A DNA stretch of 64,000 nucleotides from Ophelia neglecta (Eukaryota): positions 26,536,001 to 26,600,000 of the forward strand of contig OZ260667.1 of the NCBI GenBank assembly GCA_965285935.1, given 5' to 3'. The translations under genes and the position numbers were made by a program. Of this stretch, positions 53,501 to 64,000 are shown in pieces (position 1 is the first letter of the stretch; every line of letters begins with the position of its first letter). Below the pieces are notes generated by a model. That model saw only the letters and a program-made list of their open reading frames with translations, had not been told where the DNA came from and did no database searches.

Positions 53501-54350
53501 CATGGGAGCATTCATGCAAAAGGGTTGAATTGTACAACAGTGGCTTAATTAGATAAAGAGCATCGAAGAATCACAATGTTTATCAATTCACCATCAAAAT
53601 TGCTGATTTGCTACAGTGAGTAAGGCTGCCTAAGGGCATATATGACGCTCGTACCATAAGGATTCTATTAGTGATAAAAAAATATCATTTTAATTGAATG
53701 TCAACAGGCAGTGGGATATAAAGCATAAGTGTCCCTTTTGCTCGCATTTATTCTCTAGACGCGACCTATATTCCCATTTAAAGTGTAATGAGAGGCAATT
53801 TAAGGTTGAAACAAACATGATTCTTATTCTTTGATATTAATATAGGTTTTAATTTGCAACGGGGCCAAGTTGCCATCAGAGACAATTTAGCACAACCCCC
53901 TCGGGCCAGTTAAAGGTCAATGATGCCTAAGATTCAATCACTTTTGCTGCATTTCAGAAAAAAAAACAGAATATCCTTAGACATCATATACTATATTGCA
54001 CCCCATTATTCAATATGTACACGATACTTGAATTTCAAACATACCTATAAAGCAGTTCTTATTTGTCAAAACAAACGAATTGACTTTTGCATCATTTTAA
54101 CTTATTAATCACTGGCTACAGAAAAGACTGCTTTGGTGGGCAGCTCTCGCAACGAAGAACCTAAAAACGAAGGAGGGGAAGGAATCTGTGCGTACCAAAG
54201 TCTCTGCAGGCGCTACAAGGATAGTCTCTCTCTTGATGGTATGATATGCACTAAATACAATGATTATTATTATTATTTGTATTATAATTATGTTTTATTT
54301 GTATAATAATAATAATAGTAATAATTATAATATTTGTAATAATAACCATT

Positions 54351-54394
<44 letters not shown>

Positions 54395-56215
54395 AAATAA
54401 ATGATGAATCAAAATTACACCTTCAATGTGATTGTTTTCCAAAAAGAAAACTTATTTGAGGTGGCGGCAGACCAGTGTTTTTGCCAAGGATGCCATGAAA
54501 AACGTGGGGACAATCTCTATTATACCAGAGGAGTACCTCCAAAGAATTATGGTTTGCCTATTGGTTGGTGTAAATTTGGACTGAGGTAGGATTCAGCTTT
54601 AGACTTTACACATCAATCTAGAATGAATACTTCAAATAATGATTTTTATTTTCAACATTAAATGCTAATTTGAAACAATTTAAATAAGGCAGAATGCCCA
54701 AAATAATACAATGATCGAAGTAAACGATATGGTGTTCATACATATTACATTGCATGTTCTGATATGTAGTTCATACGGCAATTGTGACCAACAAAAGTTT
54801 CAATTAAATGGTACAGTCTTTAAATACTTTCGGGCTAATGATGAAACAATGTCATTTATTCATTTTACCTATTGTAAAAACGTTGTCTGCATAAATAGCA
54901 ACTTTGTGGCCACCAGAGTTAAAACTTATTGCCATATCATGATAAATATCTTGGGTGGTGTTGGGGGTGGGGGTGAAATGTTAAATGTTTGGCATGTTTT
55001 GGGTTTACCATTAAAGATATATACTTAACTGAAACCATGAAAAATAAGCTTGGAGGGAAACCCTATCTAATGTACCTTATGCCAGTGACCCTCCTATAGA
55101 ATTGGGTTATCTTTTCTAGAACTCCAGCTAGAGCTCAGAGTTTAAAAGCCTTCCAGCTGTGGCACATGGCATTTCATGGTACAAAACCAGAATGCATCGA
55201 GAAGATCCTTCACACAGGGGACCTCCTAATGCCAGGTATGTCGAAAGTGTCCGGATTAGTGTAGTTGCGACCAATCTTACGAACAAATTATTTAAGAAAC
55301 AAAAGAGAGACAGACAGACAGGCAGACAGACACAGAGGGAAAGAGACCGAGAAAGCTACGCTGAACATATTTTAAAACAAACGTACCAATAATTAATCAC
55401 AAAAGAAGGCGAAAATAACAAATACAAAAAGAAATCGATAAAACATGTGGAAAGACAATTAAATGTAATCCTAAAAATAAAATGGAAAAAGAAAAAGGAA
55501 ATAAATAATATAAAAGTGGACGAAAGACTATACTTTGATGGAATTATATTGTCTTTCTCAAATTAATAGGCGACGAAACGATGGAAGGTGGTCCAATTCG
55601 TCCCCCACCAAACCACTGGGACCCGGAGAACCCTGACATGATGCCCCCTCCTTGTCACGACGTAAAAAAGATATATCTTTCCCCATCGATCAAATATTCC
55701 GGGTGTGGTGTTTATGCCCCTACGAAAAGGTATACATATATATAAAGTTCATTCCTGTTAGGTAATTGTTTTACTGGAAAATAGACTTTTCTTAATGTAC
55801 TATCACTGGTAAATTTTCAGATTACAACTTGTTATAAAATAGCGGTCACAGTATGGAATGACAATAAGAATGGAGGCTGTTTGCCTCGAATGATGGTATT
55901 CAATAAAAAAAAAACCGTGGTATATTATTGGAGTATCAATTATTTTGCTACTAGCTTCGAGGACTTCGATCAACTTCTAAGACGTACGACGCTCGTGTAG
56001 TCTTGCAAGTCCGCATCAAACCAGATGCATACCAAGTAGGCCCAGAAACAATTGGTGCCACATCCGAAATGGATCCCAAATTTCCTAACTCGGAGCTCGA
56101 GTGGTCAACCAAAGTCCGAGGAGGAATAATTCTCACTGGCCTCCTAGTCAAGGTCGAGGGCTTTTCCAGTATTAAGGGAGTCACACACCGACATCCGAGA
56201 CTTCCCCAGGACTGA
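50563..56215 (+). CDS. Paralog B: CPH-SH3like-ZZ-SH3like-ZZ-linker-NEURL4-type ART chimera; apparent frameshift in last exon (586 aa as read, about 657 aa if corrected)
   Basis: Exons 50563-50706, 50936-51149, 51307-51415, 51619-51785, 52028-52141, 52308-52416, 52695-52861, 52985-53050, 53169-53261, 54122-54238, 54447-54585, 55120-55235, 55570-55729, 55955-56215. Exon sizes 214/109/167/139/116/160 equal those of paralog A. The phase-2 splice into the last exon meets TAG at 55998-56000, while the conserved QVRIKP..ELEW..LLVKVE continues in another frame. Confidence 0.85.
54352..54392. repeat. (TA)n microsatellite in an intron of paralog B
   Basis: About 20 TA units, read directly. Confidence 0.9.
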
Positions 56216-59200
56216 CCGTACCACTGTGTACCACCATTTGTATTTAAGTTTTACATTTATGGAATGAATATTGTAAATATAATCAACTGATAACAAAGGG
56301 GAAAGATTAAGCAGTCTGTGCAATACAAAAAAGAGCTATCACCAGTAACATTTGCACTATATTTATGCTATTAGTTTAGTATATTCAAAAGGTATTCAGG
56401 TATTATATGCCATATCTATACAACTTTCCTGTATGTTCTCTTTATTTTTCACATTATTCCGGAGCACATTTCCGTGTTTATGTAGTTCAAGGTTGTTTAT
56501 ATATATATACTATTTTTTTTTAATTCAGAAAGCATTATGCTCTCTGTTACAATATGGGAAATGAAAATACAGAAAAGAATATGAATACATGAATAATATA
56601 GGTTCTCTATTGGTCAGACAAATAACAGGCGAAAAATGGCTTTTTTATTATGTTCCCTCCGTCGTTTAATTATTTATATAACTCTTAAGTGTAGGGGCCA
56701 GTACCGTTTTAGCAGTTCTCGGCAGCGCACGCGTCTGTCTTAATGTGGTCAACCTTTTTATTTCAAAGTAAGAAAGTGCCCCGCACGTCACAGGATTTTA
56801 ATTTTATGCCTTTTTTTTAACGAATTTCCCTTCCAAAATGACGTTTAATGCCCCCCCCCCCCTGCCTCACCCATCGAAGAACATGCTGAAGAAAACCTAG
56901 TGTCTTGTTTTACCCAATCAGTGACGTCAGGGACACCTGGTCTATTGCAACTTCTCAAAATAAGTAGGCCAACAAACGGGTACTTCTTGACAATGTAAAT
57001 GGTGCCAACTTTAATTTATTTTGTAAGCAGTCAATTAATTCATTTATTTCTTATTGTCTTATATTAATATGTTTGAACGAAATAAGTTAGCATTAGAAAT
57101 GTGGTAACATGATTCTTACTGGGCTAGGGGCTAGGAAATTAACAATTACATTAGGTTGATAACATTTCTCATCATCTCTGACGAACACCGAAAGTGGTGT
57201 TATCACATATGGTTTAGTGTATATAACTGAATTATAATTTGTAAACATATTTTTATTACATTTTATAGTTATCATGCTGACATTAATTTACATAAGATTT
57301 GTTTTATTTTTGACTAAGTGCTATACTGTCCAATCTGTAGATTTTATGCAGATAGAACAATGCTGTGTGCTATTTCTTATATACACAATAAAAAAAATAT
57401 GATAAACCTAATAAAATAACATCAAACAAACAAATAGATTGTGTTACTGTATTATGCTAACATTTAAATGTCTCAAACAACACCTTAGTCAAACTGTGGA
57501 ACAATTCTAACCGTACTAGATATCTAAATTGTGGCATATACAGGAAAAGTTTATTTATAACCTACGAAAACTAATGATATAATCGTAAACTTAACATGAA
57601 TACGCGACAAGCAAACTCAAGAGTTTTGGCATGCAGATATCTACAATATTTCTAAATTTTCTACGTATAAAGATTTTAGATTTGGTCTCCAACCGGAATT
57701 TCTGTTTCTGATATCAATGAGCCTTAATATTCAGGTGTTTTAACCATAGTTTAGATATTGAGACTCTGCTTTCGAATGTCAGTGGATAATTTTGTAATCA
57801 TTGTTGAAAATGGAAAAATCTTTGTTGAACATGAGTAGGGCATAAGTTTATGCTTTTCTTTCCCGTGCATCAAGACATAATATGCGTATTAATTCTTGTA
57901 GACTATAATTGTGTTAAGCCTACATGTTATGTCGTAACGCAAAAGTAACACTGTAGATTATTTTAATCACATTTAAATAATCTGATCGATTTTATACACT
58001 TATAAGTAAGTATACGCTGGGGTCGTCTGCAGTTAGTAAATTGCTTTTGTCCTGAGAACTATGCCTTTAGTATCTTCTTGATATTGACTTAGCACTTCAT
58101 TAGTGATTTATTGCAGGTAAACAATATCTAATAACCACAAGCTCTCCGTCCGATAGGTACTCATAAATAAATAATTTCATGAGAAGGAAATATAAGTGAC
58201 TCGATTGTATCGCGTTCCAAATCGTATATTTTCTTTCATTTCCTACCTAAAAATGAAAATAATATACATAAGGAATCCAATCTCCATACCACGTTACACA
58301 CATGTGCTGAAATGCGCCAAGACGTAAATATGCTGGCATTCCTTTGTTTGCCGCTATTTCTTTTCATCTTTTCATTGCTGCTCTTCTCTTGGTTTGCCGA
58401 GTACCAGTTTTATAGTATACTTAAAACTGGGGGAAATGAAAGATCTTTGCTTTGGTCTGACACGGATCTGTGTACTTAAAGTACCTACTGTGCGCGCATT
58501 GTTTAAGTTATTTCTGTATATGCATGGCAGCTAGCTGCGACACTTGAGCCACTTGTTCAAGGCATGCGCTTGTCAAACATTTCCCTACCCTTCGCAGCAG
58601 AGGCTAATTCTTATCACATAGCTTCTCCGCATTACCATGCTACAGGCGAAGATAACGGAGCTGTGTACTCTACTACGAAGGGAAACATTTCCCGAAAACG
58701 GTGCAGATTAAACGGCGAGATATCGGAATAGGGAACAATTGAAATTACACGATAAAAGGAACAGATATAAGTCACAAGATATAAGTCACGGCCGAACTTA
58801 GTTTAAGTGGTTTGAAGCAGCAAAGTTGTTTATGTTTAGCCTACTCGGTACATTTATAGCAAACAGCAACACAGGTTAAACAAGGATCACGCATATGTAA
58901 TACTTGGAGTATTTGTGCTCAAGTCATTTAACCATGTTTAAACGTTTGGCAGACCGGTTTGATAAACAAATCTATCATTTTAAATAAGAAGAGCACCGGA
59001 ATATCTTCTTTACAAAAGGTGAGTTCACAAATACTTAAATACATGGTATGGATGTCATCATTTATTTTAAACTCCAAACAATCGTCATATTATATTCACA
59101 TGACAAGTACACGTCACCGGATCACTGTTATAAACGTCTATCCCGACCCTTATAAAGTCGATCTGTTTAATTGTTTAGCCTAATTGGTAACGGGATAATT

Positions 59201-62200
59201 TACACAGTGGTCTTTAAACACGCCGTAATCTGTATTAAGACCCAATACTTCCTACGGCAGAGACGTATTTGACGGGTTTTAATAATTTTAAGAAGGGCAC
59301 AATGTGTTTTTAGACTGCCTGTCCAATTCCGGATTGCGCAAATTAATGATTATCAATATGATCAGTCTATAACGACTTTGGTCTTATATTTGTTGTGTAC
59401 GCTAATGTACATGCATGTGTATAGAATATCAATACCTTACATGTGAGCAAAGATGCCCTAGCTTCTACAGAAACGTGTCTTGCCCTTGGTGTGAACAATG
59501 TAGCCGGAAGTTGCTGCGTCCCGTTGACGGAGAGATGTGACCAACAATCCGTGACATGCGGAATCGTAGTGAATCAAAATATGAAAAATATCAAAATAAG
59601 CACTATGATTTTGGCAAGCATTGTGGCTCATAAGCAATATATTTAGCCATTTGTAAACATGGCCGTCTTAGATTTGTTTTTTTCATTGAGTGGGCCTGCC
59701 TAAAAGACACTTCTTTCATAATAACTGTAGGCCTACCATTTGATCCAAATTTCAACCAAGTATGAGTGCTTATTAGGCGTGTTATTCCAGTTGAAACGAT
59801 ATTTAAGGTGAAATATATATATACCATTAAAGCCCTGCCGTATTATCAGATTGCCCATAGTGCTGAAAATTTACTAAATTGCTGTTTATTCTAATAAATA
59901 AATTATTGAAATGTAAAGCTGCGTGCGGTCTATTGATTATGTCAGTATATTTCATTTTCTTTATATGGCAGACCAATTATAATATTTCAATTTCAAAATA
60001 GTATAAGACTATAGAACGAATGATACTAGACAACTTCGCCGTGAGGACTTAGATAAGACTTAACTTTAAAAAATACTCGTCAAGAACGAGCACATGACTT
60101 ATTTATTCGTTAAACAAAACATCACTTGATCTTTAATATTTGCATTAGGTCAGAACAAATGATGTAGGCAACAATCAATCAATTTATGACAAACTTAAGG
60201 TAGCTGGTTGAGAATGCTAACTTATATCAGAGGCTAGGAACTTCCACTTTAAGACGAAGCTGACCTCGGTTCTTTACTGAATTTCGCTCTAAATCCAAAT
60301 TCATCAACTTAAATATTCGCCATGTAAATATGTCATTTCAGATTTGAATATAATTGTCAGAGTGTTTCAACCAGGCTAATGGCCACAACTACATTGAAGC
60401 AACACTTGAAAGCTTGACTTTGGCAACTTTGTTCTTAATTCCAATAACTTGCATTGCAAAGCTAATAATTATTATAAGACGATTTTTCCCTAATCTAATG
60501 CATTCAGAAACACACTGGGAACCCTGTCAGATGATTATGACTATTGAAAATAACACCAGCCTAACCTCGAGTAAGTTGAGACATTTTCACAAATAATTCA
60601 AGTTCCACATAAAAGAATACATGAATATACCCAGAGTATATACCTATACACGTTAATTCAACTTCCTGAATGTTTAATCTCATTTTTATTGACCGAGCTT
60701 GTCTAAGTACATTCACAAACACTTACTAACCCACTCAAAAACTTTGCAATGGGATGATAAATAGGCAATAAGATTGTCTTATCATACTCACTCGAGGCCA
60801 CGAATGGACTGTATAATTATCTGTTTCTGATTGTTAGTTTACATTCGCTACTTTACCCGGGAATATTGGAGTGGAAATGGAAAATAAATGAAATTTATAT
60901 AAATTGTCTGTTAAAATCGACATCACATGGTCAATACAATGAATGGAATGAAACATAGTTGAGTAACCAACCAAAAAGTCATTTTCTAACTATTAATAAG
61001 TAATTACGTTTTATATTTTGTTCATTTCAAACAGTTGTCGATTCTACGCCAGGCTTCCTCGTTGTTAATTTTTTTTAGATAACAAGTTGATATCTTTAGT
61101 CTTGATTATTGTAGTTCCAGATGGAACTAGTTTCTGTTTTATTAAATAAGCAGTGAATTGATAACCATCATTTCAGTATACTTTGTTCTGCGGTCTAAAA
61201 ATTAGATCGCATTTTCAATATACCGCGCCTTTCGGTATTTGCAAACACCGAGTTCCTAATTAAGCATTTCATTGTAACGCTATCAAACATTTTACATAGA
61301 CTAAGACTATCACTGAATGAATTGAATAAATGGAATATTGGTTTAAATCTGCTACATGATACTAAACTACAATATTAAAAATTTACAATACCAAATGAAG
61401 CTGGTCATCACATGTTATATCTGTTCTACTAAAATCCAAAAATTAAAATTCAATAGATGTGCACCGTTTAACAAGACAAGGATAATCGCTTCAAACAAAT
61501 ACAACAATGAGAAAAATGGTAAAAAATGATGAAATCAAACAGGAGAAAAAGCGAAACTACGGAAAAATATTATGTGTCAATCAGATTAACCTCAAGGGTT
61601 GACTTAAAAAGTGAAAACTAAGACTGATTTACTATCCATCACAGTCGAAAGTTATTAAACAGCTTGACACATGGTACCTGATGTATTCCGGCATAATATT
61701 TTATCTAACAACTGTAACAAATACATTATTAGGCTGTTAAGTATAAGGGTTATGGGTGCTATCGATTATTTAGCAAATGTACCATTAACAAGGTATTAAG
61801 CGCTTTGAATGTTTCATAACAAATAGCATAATTTTACAGCTATAAGTGCAATTAATAGTAACTGCTAGCTTAATAAGTAAAATGAGCAGTACGGTCTCTT
61901 TGTTTGGACAAAGGTATTGAAGAAAATATTGCTCTTTTTCCTGATTAACAAAAGATGCAAGATCGAGTAGCTATCTAAGCTGAACCATGTACCTCAATAC
62001 GATAAGTAAAATTAGGACAAACAAAACATTAAACATTGATATCAAACTGGCCTGACTAAACAAACGTCAATTCGTTCAAATGTATCAATGTCCCTTGATG
62101 TTCTGCTTTAAAATAAAGAGCATGTTAATGACAATATGCAATCGATCATTACTAGTAATTTGGAGTCAACATAAAATGCAATCCCTTCACCTCCGATTAT

Positions 62201-62420
62201 GATAATGCTACAATTATAGGGAAGCCATTCTCGTTCGGAACTTAATTATTTATGTTTTTTCACATCAAATACGTACAAACACATTCAGTACGGTATTCTA
62301 ATGCGTCCAAGCACATTTAGTACAATATTCTAGTGCCAAACCTTCCAGGGATTCGCCTGCAAGGAACATTCTCTGATGAAGCTTAAGATTAAATTGTTTA
62401 ACACGTGCTGTTCTATTTAG

Positions 62421-64000
62421 ATGGCGTCCAGTATGACGAGGTCAGACGTTTCCTCTGATGAGGTCTACGCCAACTACGTCCGTTACAACATCAAAACTGA
62501 TATGCTGGTCGTATGTGTAAGACGTTTCAAGATTATTGAAGAGGCTGACTATGGCAAAATAATTGAGGTATGAAAATATGTTTCTCTTCTCACTGTCATT
62601 CCTGTTTTGTCGTAAAAATGTTCCAATATCGGAAGGAGTTTACACCAACCAGATATATCAATAAAGCTTGACAAATCCTACATTTCAACCTTGGTAACAA
62701 CAGTCAACAGGATCATTTACTTCTAATTTGGAGGAGTGGGGGTGGGGGGTAGTAAAATACCTACTCAGTTAAGATTGCCTGCTATACGTTAGACCACTTT
62801 TATATTGGTTATTCCCAAAGATCAACGAAGAAGACCTGCGGGGCCTCACCGTCCTGGTGGATTGGATTGGGGTGAAAGTTCCCTTCTGGGTTAAGTACGT
62901 AAACGTGGCACCGCTCGGGTTCTTCCCCTCAGAGAAGATAGGTGTGGGAGACTGGGTACGCGTGAAACGCAACGTCGTGGAGCCAACATACAAGTGGGGA
63001 AATGTGAACAGACAGAGCATTGGGATAGTTACAGGTACATGTTTAGTGTATTCCACTCGTGATAAAGTCTGCACTTCAAGATTGAAGTAACCATGATATA
63101 AAGCTATTATATAAATTAAAGGTGTTCCTATTCATTCAGAATTGTCAGTGCTGTCCCTTTAGCCATTGTATGTGAGAGATTTATTATTCAGCTAAGGCAG
63201 ACGATGGGTCTCTGATAACAGTGAATTTCCAAGAGGACTCCACGTGGAAGGGCCGGCGCGACGAAATGGAGTCAATTCCGTCTTTGCATCCCTGTGTGAC
63301 GTAAGCTTTTTACAAATATAAAAATAATTACAACTTCTTCACCTTCATGCCTTAAATACACTGATTAGTTAATCTTCAGGGCGGCGCAGGCCCATTAAAA
63401 AGAGAAATTAACCTGGAAATTCATCGGAAAGAAAATGTACTAAAAGATTTGTTTCGGCGAGGTAAATGAGGACGTACACGTATATTTTTTTGCTTCATGT
63501 TAAATAATTAAAACTAGTATACCACTTATTTGTTATAAGCAAATCAAAATATCGTCATCGTTACCGGCATCTCTTGGAGTGTATACATTGTAAAATGTCC
63601 GGAGATATTGTTAGTAAAAATGTGAAATTATTGTAGTAATCTACGCAAGCATGTGAAATCTACTACATTGTATTTATGCCTTCAAGTGTATGCCTTTAAA
63701 ACGCATACAGTTGTGTTTGGTGAATGTGATCATTTGATAGAGTTCTAGTGCAATGCTAATTTCTTGGTGCTTTATAATATTGATGATATCTCTTTATTCA
63801 GTGAGGCTGGTATGTGATTTGTACATATCTTTGAATATTGGTGTACACATAAGTTTCACATTAACCAATATATTGCCAAAACTTAAAAGGAAATTAAAAC
63901 TATATTTTACCAGTGGTAGGTTCAAGATGTATCACATTTGACCGTTGCAGGTGTGACGGCTGTAAATCTGCTCCACTTAAAGGATCGCGATTCACGTGCT
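62421..64000 (+). CDS. Paralog C (truncated by window end): CPH-SH3like-start of ZZ
   Basis: Exons 62421-62567, 62821-63034, 63192-63300, 63951->64000, with the same phases and the same 214/109 sizes as A and B. Most similar to B ([26 protein letters not shown]). No ART exon is visible inside the window. Confidence 0.85.

Noticed and set aside
53846-53915. Possible extra linker exon in paralog B
   Set aside because: With the better donor it is 70 nt and has an in-frame TAA. A 63-nt version needs a weak donor. The flanking exons join in frame without it, matching paralog A.
49778-58790. 14-bp-period tandem duplications upstream of B (49778-49805) and C (58763-58790)
   Set aside because: The two sequences are unrelated; ordinary micro-duplications explain them.
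37708-64000. Calling these loci HERC2, NEURL4 or MIB2 orthologues
   Set aside because: Each contains only a sub-block of those proteins. No HECT, RCC1, NHR, ankyrin or RING exons were found, and there are three diverged copies.
3066-64000. Whole window as a functional innate-immunity cluster (IFITM-like, Dok, KCTD, MS4A-like, ARTs)
   Set aside because: Gene adjacency in animals is weak evidence, and nothing in the sequence shows co-regulation.
1-64000. CRISPR arrays, rRNA or tRNA genes, prokaryotic operons
   Set aside because: None were seen; the sequence is spliceosomal-intron-rich animal DNA.

Overview
AT-rich, intron-containing invertebrate metazoan DNA (not prokaryotic; lineage not determinable from sequence alone). 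Splicing exons by hand gives seven protein-coding loci: a CD225/dispanin-like membrane protein (-), a compact Dok-like PH+PTB adaptor (-), a single-coding-exon KCTD BTB protein (+), an 8-TM double-MS4A/CD20-like protein (-), and three paralogs (A: -, 37708-45254; B: +, 50563-56215; C: +, 62421 to window end) of a chimeric gene. The chimera joins the HERC2 CPH + SH3-like + ZZ block to the NEURL4-type C-terminal ADP-ribosyltransferase (ART) domain, with no HECT, RCC1 or NHR domains. HERC2 and NEURL4 are known binding partners, so this looks like an expanded 'Rosetta-stone' reader-writer ADP-ribosyltransferase family, and it is the main candidate for an undescribed system. Paralog A has an intact H-Y-E triad. 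Paralog B, as sequenced, has a frameshift before the catalytic Glu. Paralog C is cut off before any ART exon could be seen. Also present: a 2.4-kb TIR transposon remnant between A and B, two MITEs with clear target-site duplications (TSDs), and an exact 202-bp direct repeat. All family assignments are from remembered motifs; no database search was run.
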